64,000 nt of DNA, from positions 1,197 to 65,196 of the forward strand of contig CAYHHH010000001.1 in assembly GCA_964356125.1 (NCBI GenBank), in the 5' to 3' direction. Positions 44,302 through 51,600 of this stretch are shown one piece after another. The position numbers were made by a program, and so were the translations under genes. The stretch's first letter is position 1. Every line of letters begins with the position of its first letter. This DNA is from an uncultured Bifidobacteriaceae bacterium. GTDB taxonomy: Bacteria; Acidobacteriota; Vicinamibacteria; Vicinamibacterales; JAMQPK01. The notes beneath the pieces were generated by a model. That model worked only from the letters and a program-made list of their open reading frames with translations, was not told the DNA's origin and ran no database searches.

Positions 44302-44967
44302 ATGGCCTCACTTGAAACAAGAGCATTTCAAATGGCAAAGCAGGGTTCATTCGGGATCTGTCAGTCGTGCGATGCTCGGAAGGGCAAGGCTGCCATGCTT
44401 GCGCACCTTCAAGACTGCTTGCCGACCCAGGTCAGTGGTGGCCCGAGTGGAGGGCCGGGGGTCTTACTGTTGCTTCGAGCGGAGGCGCGCGGCTTGCCGA
44501 CATTCTGGCTCGACATGGCGGTGAAGCATGAAGGAACACTCAAGGATGTCGACCGGTTCCTTCGACGTACTTGGCTCGAGTGCTGTGGTCACATGAGTGA
44601 GTTTTCCACTGGGACGCATCGCAAGGTCACCATGAACACCAAGGTCAGTGAAGCTCTTGGTTCTGGCGATCGTTTGAGCTACGTGTACGACTTTGGCTCA
44701 AGTACCGAACTGGTGGTCCGCTTGTTGGGTGGCGTCAGCGCTTCTTCTAAGCGTGCCGTCAGACTCGCGGCTCGCAATGAGCCACCGACGTGGCCCTGCG
44801 ATGCGTGCGGGAAGGCCGCGACAGCGGTGTGTACGCAGTGCTTGTACGATGGTAAGGGGTTCTGCTGCGCCGCGCATGCATCAGATCACGATTGTGGCGA
44901 GGATATGTTGTTACCGGTGGTCAATTCGCCGCGCATGGGCGTCTGTGGGTACCCCCGTGAGGCCTAA
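44302..44967 (+). CDS. plasmid pRiA4b ORF-3-like family protein with Cys-rich C-terminus
   Basis: FWLDMAVKHEGTLKDVDRFLRRTWLECCGHMSEF resembles the IWRR..TL..LH..IQ..GW...HL..F core. C-terminal CDACG...CTQC...CCAAHASDHDC. Confidence 0.5.
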   Translation: MASLETRAFQMAKQGSFGICQSCDARKGKAAMLAHLQDCLPTQVSGGPSGGPGVLLLLRAEARGLPTFWLDMAVKHEGTLKDVDRFLRRTWLECCGHMSEFSTGTHRKVTMNTKVSEALGSGDRLSYVYDFGSSTELVVRLLGGVSASSKRAVRLAARNEPPTWPCDACGKAATAVCTQCLYDGKGFCCAAHASDHDCGEDMLLPVVNSPRMGVCGYPREA

Positions 44968-45085
44968 CAGCAGCTGGAGCCGACGCGCCGCTGGGTGAGA
45001 CGCGCGCGGCTCATTCGGAACGTTGATATGGCGGACTTGGCAGATTTGCAAAAGGCTGAGATCATCAGGCATGGAGTCGAGCTGA

Positions 45086-45328
45086 GTGCCACGGATCCCA
45101 GGCATTCCTGGACCCTACTGGTTCTTTTTCTATAGTTTCGACTGCAACGAACCCATGCACGTCCACGTTCGGCGCGATCGGCAGCACTGCAAGTTCTGGC
45201 TGGCACCCGTCCAACTTGCGTGGAATCATGGGTTCAACCCTCGTGAGCTCAATGGGATTCGACATTTGGTTCAGGAGTACGAACAGATCATTATCGAGGC
45301 ATGGAATGAGCACTGCAGTCAGCGTTGA
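45086..45328 (+). CDS. DUF4160 domain protein
   Basis: FFFYSFDCNEPMHVHV...KFWL matches the DUF4160 pattern. 80 aa. Confidence 0.75.
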   Translation: MPRIPGIPGPYWFFFYSFDCNEPMHVHVRRDRQHCKFWLAPVQLAWNHGFNPRELNGIRHLVQEYEQIIIEAWNEHCSQR

Positions 45329-45668
45329 ATCTCGGATCGATCACGTTGAAGTGACCGATGAAACCATTACAGCCTACTTAGTCGATGGACGTGTCATCAG
45401 CGTTCCGCTCGCCTGGTCGTGGCGACTTTCGGATGCGACACCGGCCCAACGAATGAACTGGACGCTGATTAGCGATGGTCACGGCGTTCACTGGCCTGAC
45501 GTCGACGAGGATCTAAGTGTGGACGGCATGCTCAATGGCGTGCCAGCCCGTCGCCCTGGAATCGCGAGGAGTGGACGCACAGGGCCGGCTATCAAGGCGC
45601 TGCAGCGGACGAGCCGCGCCCGGAAGAAGACCCAACCAAAGCCGCGCCCCCGCGCGGCTCGCGGTTGA
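45306..45668 (+). CDS. DUF2442 domain protein
   Basis: ATG 45306, overlapping the DUF4160 gene. YLVDGRVISVPLAWSWRLSDATPAQRMNW...GVHWPDVDEDLSVDGML pattern. Confidence 0.75.
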   Translation: MSTAVSVESRIDHVEVTDETITAYLVDGRVISVPLAWSWRLSDATPAQRMNWTLISDGHGVHWPDVDEDLSVDGMLNGVPARRPGIARSGRTGPAIKALQRTSRARKKTQPKPRPRAARG

Positions 45669-45693
45669 GCGGCAGGTCGTCAGGCAGCCAGGC

Positions 45694-46017
45694 TCATCGG
45701 CGTTGCTTGCTCGAATGATCACGAATCCAATCGGCCAATTCATCCTCTGACACGTTGCCTGCTGCGAGTGCAACGAACTCGGTTACAACCTCGGCCTCGG
45801 TGACCTCAAGGGTGTGACCGTTCATGCTCAGGAAGGTCACCATTGCGAGGAACCCGATACGCTTGTTGCCGTCTCGATTCGGGTGATTCCTCACCAAGCC
45901 AAATGCGTAGGCCGCGGCCAGCATCGGTACGTCGGTGACGGCTCCGTAGTGCCACGTCTGTTGTCTTGGCGGTGAGACACGGGAGTCTCGTTGAACACCT
46001 TGACTCCATTCTGGCGA
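45694..46017 (-). pseudogene. doc: Doc (death-on-curing, Fic-fold) toxin remnant, 5'-truncated
   Basis: AAAYAFGLVRNHPNRDGNKRIGFLAM...L.W matches Doc, but the Fic motif is degenerate (HPNRDGNKR against HPFxDGNKR). In-frame homology extends upstream of the only ATG to a TAA at 46018 with no start codon. No Phd gene is present. Confidence 0.6.
45969..45986. repeat. direct repeat copy 1 (GCGGTGAGACACGGGAGT)
   Basis: Identical 18-mer at 46610-46627, and 21/22 nt match when extended. Lies at the truncation point of the Doc remnant. Confidence 0.85.
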
Positions 46018-46308
46018 TTAGCGCAGCCAGACGACAGCCGCAGCCATGAGCACGGCCAGCACCATTCCGACAACGATGCTTGCGGCGGACTGCTTGGTAA
46101 GTACGTTGTGTGTCCATTGGTACAGCGACGCGACGGAGCCCCCGATGACGACGAGCGCGAGCAAGTCCCACGCAGCTTCGTCCGCCGTGTAGCTTCGATA
46201 TGCGACGATGGCGAGCAGCCCGTAGGCGAACACATGGAACGCCCATCGGTAGCTGTGGTTTTCGACTGCGACGGTTCGTTCGTCCCGGTGAACGGCGGAT
46301 GAGGTCAT
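46018..46308 (-). CDS. small membrane protein co-transcribed with the XRE regulator
   Basis: 96 aa with three hydrophobic helices. ATGA overlap with the XRE gene. Confidence 0.6.
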   Translation of the reverse strand: MTSSAVHRDERTVAVENHSYRWAFHVFAYGLLAIVAYRSYTADEAAWDLLALVVIGGSVASLYQWTHNVLTKQSAASIVVGMVLAVLMAAAVVWLR

Positions 46309-46520
46309 ACGGATTCTCCTTCAAGGAAGAAGAGTTCGTCGATGCGCTTGCTCAACCTGTCGGCGAGCTGGAACGCCAGCAGCGCCGAAGGCGAGTACAC
46401 CCCGGTTTCAATGGAGCTGATCGTCTGCCTGGTGACGCCGACGAGACGGGCAAGCTGGTCTTGGGAGAGGTTTCGTTCGGCTCGGGCGACCTTCAGGCGG
46501 TTCGCGAGCTTGCGGCCCAT
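46305..46520 (-). CDS. XRE-family helix-turn-helix transcriptional regulator
   Basis: LKVARAERNLSQDQLARLVGVTRQTISSIETG is a canonical HTH_3. 71 aa. Confidence 0.85.
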   Translation of the reverse strand: MGRKLANRLKVARAERNLSQDQLARLVGVTRQTISSIETGVYSPSALLAFQLADRLSKRIDELFFLEGESV

Positions 46521-46527
46521 GGGCAGT

Positions 46528-46576
46528 ACATTACCGCTATTCCAGTCATTATGTCAAGCATGACGGACATTATGAC
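46528..46576 (-). promoter_or_regulatory. promoter/operator region of the XRE gene
   Basis: The minus strand reads TTGACA (46552-46557), N18, TAATGT (46528-46533), with the -10 ending 7 nt before ATG 46520. Repeated CATTATG motifs at 46548-46554 and 46568-46574 (GTCATTATGTC / GACATTATGAC). Confidence 0.45.
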
Positions 46577-46591
46577 CGCTTTACATGACTA

Positions 46592-48622
46592 TTACGTCCC
46601 CGCGTCGTTGCGGTGAGACACGGGAGTTTCGAGGCGCGCGACCTGCACGCGGGCGTCGTTGAAGCAGGCGCCGGCGCCGAGGTCGGTCAGCGAGTCGGGC
46701 ACGAGCGCGTTGCCGGTCAACTGGTTCCACGTGCTCTTGCGCCACAGCCCCTTCGGCAGCGACACCGTCCCTTCCCGAATCGTCGCCTCGATCTTCACCG
46801 CGCACTGCACCTCACCCAGTTCGTTGAAGATCCTGATCGGATCGTCATCCTTCAGCCCGCGAGGAGCGGCGTCGGCGGGGTTCATCAGCAGCGCGACTGC
46901 AGGCCGCGGCAGCTCACCCAGCGTAGAGCTGATCGTTTTGTCGCTCGACGGCGAAATCAGCGCCAGCGGAAAACGCTCGGTGGCGGGGTCCGGCTGGTAG
47001 GTGTACAGGCCCAGCGGCGCTTCCGTGTCGAGCGCGGCCGGAAACAAATCGACCTTCTGGTCGAACGTTTTCGGATGGACGTCGACGAACTGAATGGGGC
47101 GGAGGCCGAACGGCGGCACTGCGCGGCCCGTTTCTTCCATCTGCGCGCCCACCGTTCCCGGAAGCGTCTTGAAGATCTGCAGCAGCATCTCGAGCTCGTT
47201 GCCGGGCTCGGCGCCTTCGAGCAGATCGAGCCGGCGCGCCAGCTCGCCGAAGACTTCAGGGTTCGATCGCGATTCGCCGACGGCGTCGATCGCCGGCCGC
47301 ACGAGCTGCAGGCTCAGCGGGCCGTACCCGCGCGCAAAGTCGTAGGCCTCGAGAAACGTCGTGGCCGGCAGAATCACGTCCGCGAAGACAGCGGTGTCGG
47401 TCATCACCTGATCGAAGACCACGGTAAACAGATCCTCTCGCGCCATGCCTTCGAGCACGCGCTGCTGATCGGGCATCGTCGCGACCGGATTGCAGTTGTA
47501 GACGAAGAGCGCCTTGATCGGCGGATCGTCGTACTCCAGCAGCGCGCGCCCGAGCGTGTTCATGTTCACAACGCGCGTGGCGGGCTCGGGTCCGAGCCAC
47601 GGGCGGGTGATGTTCCACGCGGCGGAGTTGCTCATCGAGTACCCGCCGCCCCGCACGCCGAACTTTCCGCCGACCGCGGGCAGCGCGAGGATCGACATCG
47701 CGGCGTTGCCGCCGTTGCGATTCCGCTCGAGGCCCCAGCCGCAGCGAATCAACGCGGGCGATGTGCGCGCGTAGTCGTCTGCGAGCTGCCGCAGCGCCGC
47801 TTCGGGCACGCCCGACACGTCCGCGGCGCGCGCGAACGTCCACGCCGCCGCCCGCTCGCGCAATTGCTCGGCGCCTTTCGTATGCTCGGCGAGAAAACGG
47901 GCGTCCGCAAACCCTTCCTCGAACAGATGACGATGCATCGCGAGCGCGATGGCGACATCGGAGCCAGGCTTCGGTGCCAGGTGCAGATCGGCCTGTCGCG
48001 CCAGCGGCGTCGCGCGGGGATCGATCACGACCAGCCTCGCGCCCGATTTCTGCGCCTCTCGTAGGTACGGCACGAGGTGAATTCCCGACGCGGATGGGTT
48101 GACACCCCACAGGATGATGAGCCGCGCGTCGGGATAGTCCTCGTATGTGACCGACGGCATCTTGCCGTAGAGCGCCTGCGCCGCGACGCCGGTCGGCGCG
48201 GCGCACACGGTGCGCGCGAGACGCGAGGCGCCGAACCGGCGGAAGAGCATGGCGTCGAGCGTGTCCTGCGTGAGCAGGCCATTCGACCCGCCGTATGAAA
48301 ACGGCAGGACCGCTTCGCCGCCCCACTGCTCGCGCACGTCGAGCATTCGCGTGGCGATGAGCTCGATCGCGTCATCCCACTCGATGCGCTTGAAGCGCCC
48401 GAGCCCCTTCGGTCCGGTTCGCACCGCGGGGTACTGCAGCCGAGCCTCGCCGTATACGCGGTCGCCGAACTTCCTGACCTTCGCGCAGATAAAACCGGCG
48501 GTCGGCGCGTTCAGCGTCGAGCCGTCGATCTCGACGACCCGCCCTTTGCTGACGGTGACGGCCAGGCTGCACGAATCGGGGCAGTCGAGCGGGCACGCGG
48601 TGTCGACGACGACGTTGTCCAT
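46592..48622 (-). CDS. molybdopterin (bis-MGD) oxidoreductase family protein
   Basis: N-terminal 4Fe-4S motif CPLDCPDSCSL. Molybdopterin oxidoreductase and C-terminal MopB-binding beta-barrel patterns. 676 aa. Confidence 0.9.
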   Translation of the reverse strand: MDNVVVDTACPLDCPDSCSLAVTVSKGRVVEIDGSTLNAPTAGFICAKVRKFGDRVYGEARLQYPAVRTGPKGLGRFKRIEWDDAIELIATRMLDVREQWGGEAVLPFSYGGSNGLLTQDTLDAMLFRRFGASRLARTVCAAPTGVAAQALYGKMPSVTYEDYPDARLIILWGVNPSASGIHLVPYLREAQKSGARLVVIDPRATPLARQADLHLAPKPGSDVAIALAMHRHLFEEGFADARFLAEHTKGAEQLRERAAAWTFARAADVSGVPEAALRQLADDYARTSPALIRCGWGLERNRNGGNAAMSILALPAVGGKFGVRGGGYSMSNSAAWNITRPWLGPEPATRVVNMNTLGRALLEYDDPPIKALFVYNCNPVATMPDQQRVLEGMAREDLFTVVFDQVMTDTAVFADVILPATTFLEAYDFARGYGPLSLQLVRPAIDAVGESRSNPEVFGELARRLDLLEGAEPGNELEMLLQIFKTLPGTVGAQMEETGRAVPPFGLRPIQFVDVHPKTFDQKVDLFPAALDTEAPLGLYTYQPDPATERFPLALISPSSDKTISSTLGELPRPAVALLMNPADAAPRGLKDDDPIRIFNELGEVQCAVKIEATIREGTVSLPKGLWRKSTWNQLTGNALVPDSLTDLGAGACFNDARVQVARLETPVSHRNDAGT
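46610..46627. repeat. direct repeat copy 2, inside the last 12 codons of the Mo-oxidoreductase gene
   Basis: Identical 18-mer to 45969-45986. Encodes ..ETPVSHR.. of the C-terminus. Confidence 0.85.
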
Positions 48623-48659
48623 TCCGTGTCAGCATACTGCTACCGGTAGCTGAAAAACC

Positions 48660-49715
48660 TTGCTGAAGCTTGCACTGATTCTTGCGGCGGCAATTCTTGC
48701 CCTGACGCCGCTGCCTCGCCACGTCGTCGAGCGCGTGTACTCGCGCGGCCTGTATCCGATCGTGCAGCCCAGGCTGACCGCGCTGAGCAACAGCACACCG
48801 TTCGCGTGGTTCGACGTGCTGGTGCTGGTGACGATCGGCGCCACGATCGCGATGTGGGTTATGCGTCTGAGCCGGCGGAAAAAAGGTGTGCGTGCGACGA
48901 TCGCAGGGCTCGCCCTCGACACCGCGGCGCTCGCCGCCGTTCTCTACGTATGGTTTCTGTTCGCGTGGGGGCTGAATTATCAGCGGCAGCCGCTGCGCGA
49001 GCAGCTCGACTTCCGCGACGATCGCATCACGCGCGACGCGCTGCGCACGCTCGCGGGCCGCACGGTCGATTCGCTGAATGCGCTGCATCGCGAGGCTCAC
49101 GCAGGCGGATGGCCCGACCTCGCGGCGACGCCGGCTGCGCTCGAGCCTGCCTTCGTGCGCGCGCAGCGCGATCTCGCGCTGTCGTGGACGGCGCAGGGGG
49201 GACGTCCCAAGCGGACGCTCTTCAATTTTTATTTTACGCGCGTGTCGGTTGACGGCATGACAGGACCGTTTTTTCTCGAGACGCTGGCCAACGGAACGCT
49301 CCTGCCGTTCGAGCGCGCGGCGACGATCGCGCACGAGTGGAGCCATCTCGCAGGCTACGCGGACGAATCGGAAGCGAACTTTGTCGGATGGCTCGTCTGC
49401 ATGCGCGGTCCGGTAGCCGTGCAGTACAGCGGCTGGCTCTCGTTATATGGAACGGTCGCCGGCGCGCTGCCGCGATCCGATCGCGACGCCGTGCTGGCGC
49501 GCCTCGATGAGGGGCCGCGCGCCGATCTGCGCGCGATTTCCGATCGCATTCGCCGGCACGCGGTGCCGGCCGCCAGCCGCGCGGGCTACGCGCTCTACGA
49601 TCGATTTCTGAAGGCCAACAGGGTAGAAGCAGGGGTACGAAGCTACGGCGAGGTGCTGCGCCTGTTGCTCGGTACGCGCTTCACTGACGCTGGAGCGCCG
49701 ATGCTGCGCAAATAG
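48660..49715 (+). CDS. DUF3810 domain protein (putative membrane zinc protease)
   Basis: TTG start. N-terminal TM helices. IAHEWSHLAGYADESEANFVGW motif. Confidence 0.8.
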   Translation: MLKLALILAAAILALTPLPRHVVERVYSRGLYPIVQPRLTALSNSTPFAWFDVLVLVTIGATIAMWVMRLSRRKKGVRATIAGLALDTAALAAVLYVWFLFAWGLNYQRQPLREQLDFRDDRITRDALRTLAGRTVDSLNALHREAHAGGWPDLAATPAALEPAFVRAQRDLALSWTAQGGRPKRTLFNFYFTRVSVDGMTGPFFLETLANGTLLPFERAATIAHEWSHLAGYADESEANFVGWLVCMRGPVAVQYSGWLSLYGTVAGALPRSDRDAVLARLDEGPRADLRAISDRIRRHAVPAASRAGYALYDRFLKANRVEAGVRSYGEVLRLLLGTRFTDAGAPMLRK

Positions 49716-49770
49716 GGGTGAGGGGTGAGGGGAAATGCTTGCCCCTTGCCCTTCACCCCTTGCCCCTTGC
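49715..49770. repeat. palindromic heptamer array, same family as 33250-33310 in the opposite orientation
   Basis: GGGGTGAGGGGTGAGGGGAAATGCTTGCCCCTTGCCCTTCACCCCTTGCCCCTTGC, between convergent genes. Confidence 0.9.
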
Positions 49771-49773
49771 GTT

Positions 49774-50070
49774 CTACGAGGGAAGTTGCACGTCGTCGAG
49801 CGGGAGCGTCTGCTCCATGTTGTTCTCGAGCGATGCGGGCTGCGGTTGCGCAGCGGGCGCACGGCGTGGCACCCCACGTTTCGCGGGCACGCGGCGTGGT
49901 GCCGCCCGGCGCGCGGGACGCTTCGCGCTGCGCTTCACGGTGCGCTTCGCGCTGCGCTTGGCCGATCGCTTGACGCTCTTTTTCCGCGACGCTTTTCTGG
50001 ACATCTTCTTGCTCGACGCCTTACGTGATTTTCCGGCGGTCTTTGTCGTCTTCCGGCGTTTCTTGGCCAT
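49774..50070 (-). CDS. lysine/arginine-rich histone H1-like basic protein
   Basis: ATG 50070 preceded by GGAGGAG. KRSAKR-type repeats rich in AAG Lys codons, which are atypical of shadow ORFs in a high-G+C genome. Confidence 0.5.
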   Translation of the reverse strand: MAKKRRKTTKTAGKSRKASSKKMSRKASRKKSVKRSAKRSAKRTVKRSAKRPARRAAPRRVPAKRGVPRRAPAAQPQPASLENNMEQTLPLDDVQLPS

Positions 50071-50125
50071 GCGCGCTCCTCCAGGTGAATGGGCGCGTAT
50101 TCTATCTGATAAGCTCATCGCGCGC

Positions 50126-50779
50126 GTGTTGATCCTCAGGGTCCTCCTTCTCCCATTGCTCCTCCTCGCTCTTGCACCGCCGGCCTCCGCCGATCAGGCT
50201 GGCGCCCGCCTCCGCTCCAAGCGAAGCCAGGGAGCTACGGCGAGGCAAGCCACACCTGCCGAGCTCCGGATGCCGTTCGAAAAGGGCACCATCGAGATCA
50301 GTGCCATTGGCGGCGTGTCGCTGCCGATTTCGCTCTTCCGGGCCAAAAGCGATCATCAGCTGGCGATGGCCTCGCTGGCGATCGGCCGCGTCATGGCCGG
50401 AGGACCGGGGAAGGGCAGCCTCGAGCTGCTCGTGGACGTCACGCCGTTCTTTCACGTGCGGCAGCCGGATTTGGTGCGCGGCTGGTCGGTGGCGCCGCTC
50501 TTCATCCGCTGGAACTTCCCGGCGATGGGCGACGGCGCGGCGCGGGTGTTCGCCGAGGTGAGCGGCAGCCTGCTTTTTACGACCGCCCCGGTACCCGTGA
50601 GGACGACGACCTTTAACTTCATGGATCAGGCGGGGTTCGGCGTTCGCTTCGAAGAAAGTCACGGCCGGGCCTGGCTCGTCGGATACCGTTTTCAACATAT
50701 CTCGAACGCGGGGCGCGTGAAGCCGAACCCGGGCGCCAATTTCAACTTTGTCTATCTGGGTCTCAGTTTTATCCACTGA
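50126..50779 (+). CDS. acyloxyacyl hydrolase / lipid A deacylase (PagL-like) outer-membrane protein
   Basis: GTG 50126 gives the signal peptide VLILRVLLLPLLLLALAPPASA. GYRFQHISNAGRVKPNPGANF matches the PagL His/Ser motif region. Start uncertain, with ATG 50069 as the alternative. Confidence 0.7.
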   Translation: MLILRVLLLPLLLLALAPPASADQAGARLRSKRSQGATARQATPAELRMPFEKGTIEISAIGGVSLPISLFRAKSDHQLAMASLAIGRVMAGGPGKGSLELLVDVTPFFHVRQPDLVRGWSVAPLFIRWNFPAMGDGAARVFAEVSGSLLFTTAPVPVRTTTFNFMDQAGFGVRFEESHGRAWLVGYRFQHISNAGRVKPNPGANFNFVYLGLSFIH

Positions 50780-50937
50780 GGCGATCCCGCAGGCCGACCT
50801 GACCGTTGTCACCTTCACACACGAGCCGCACCGGAATGTAGGATTCGCGCCACGCCGCGCGCGTCCCTCAGGCCCACCATCCGTCGGATTTCCCAGCAAA
50901 TCGCCCGGAGCTCTCAGGATTGTGCGTGCCGAAATTC

Positions 50938-50953
50938 TGGTACGCCGCTTGCT
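50938..50953 (+). promoter_or_regulatory. sigma-54-type promoter in the 385-nt intergenic region upstream of the orphan response regulator
   Basis: TGGTACGCCGCTTGCT. Predicted +1 near 50964, about 200 nt before ATG 51165. Confidence 0.45.
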
Positions 50954-51114
50954 AGCGCCTGTGACGTGAACGCAAGGCACCCCGGTCTTTCCCGTGCGGA
51001 TGCGCCAGCGCGCGCATTCTCCTCACTCGTGCTGCTACCTTCGGAGTTCCGCTCGCACTCATAACCTTCCGTCATACCGCTTCTCTCGGTTTCGCGCTTC
51101 CGCTTCCGTCACGG

Positions 51115-51142
51115 GAAAGATCGGGTCTCGGCCCGATCTTTC
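51115..51142. promoter_or_regulatory. 11-bp perfect-stem hairpin/dyad upstream of the orphan response regulator
   Basis: GAAAGATCGGG-TCTCGG-CCCGATCTTTC followed by GATAAAAT, 23 nt before ATG 51165. Confidence 0.35.
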
Positions 51143-51164
51143 GATAAAATATCGGCCGGGCTCC

Positions 51165-51557
51165 ATGTCTCCGCACGCCGCCTCGATCCCACACCCGGCC
51201 ACCGTATTGATTGTCGAAGATGATGCAGGTATCCGCGACCTGAGCGCGAAGATCCTGCGGCGTCGCGGCTACACTGTGCTCGCCGCCGAAGGGGGCGACG
51301 AGGCGCGCCAGATCTGCGAAGGCCACCAAGGGGTGATTCATGTGCTGCTGATCGACGTCATGATGCCCGGCATGAACGGCCCGATGGTGGCGGCGATGTT
51401 GAGAAGGATGCGCCCCGGATTGAAGGTCGTGTTCATGTCCGGCTATTCCAGTGCCGACCTCGCCCGTCATGGCGTGGTTCAGGACGAGGTGCCCTTCCTT
51501 CAGAAGCCGTTCACGCCGGAGCGGTTGGCCAACACGATCAGCGAGGTGCTAGGATGA
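51165..51557 (+). CDS. single-domain response regulator (CheY-like receiver)
   Basis: VLIVEDD...LLIDVMMPGMNG...VVFMSGY...LQKPF receiver motifs. No output domain. Confidence 0.85.
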   Translation: MSPHAASIPHPATVLIVEDDAGIRDLSAKILRRRGYTVLAAEGGDEARQICEGHQGVIHVLLIDVMMPGMNGPMVAAMLRRMRPGLKVVFMSGYSSADLARHGVVQDEVPFLQKPFTPERLANTISEVLG

Positions 51558-51561
51558 GCGC

Positions 51562-51587
51562 CTTCTGATCTTTTGATCTTCTGTTTC
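51562..51587 (+). repeat. single-arm 8-nt-period array, CTTCTGAT family
   Basis: CTTCTGAT CTTTTGAT CTTCTGTTTC, just after the response-regulator stop. Confidence 0.75.
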
Positions 51588-51600
51588 AAAGGAGCACATC

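Larger units (their letters stand above)
43336..46591. mobile_element. lower-G+C accessory islet between gdh and the Mo-oxidoreductase gene
   Basis: Visibly lower G+C and third-position G+C than the flanks. Content is TA-like pairs, a Doc remnant, a pRiA4b-ORF3-like gene and an XRE module. An 18-nt direct repeat lies at its right side. No integrase or transposase seen. Confidence 0.5.
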
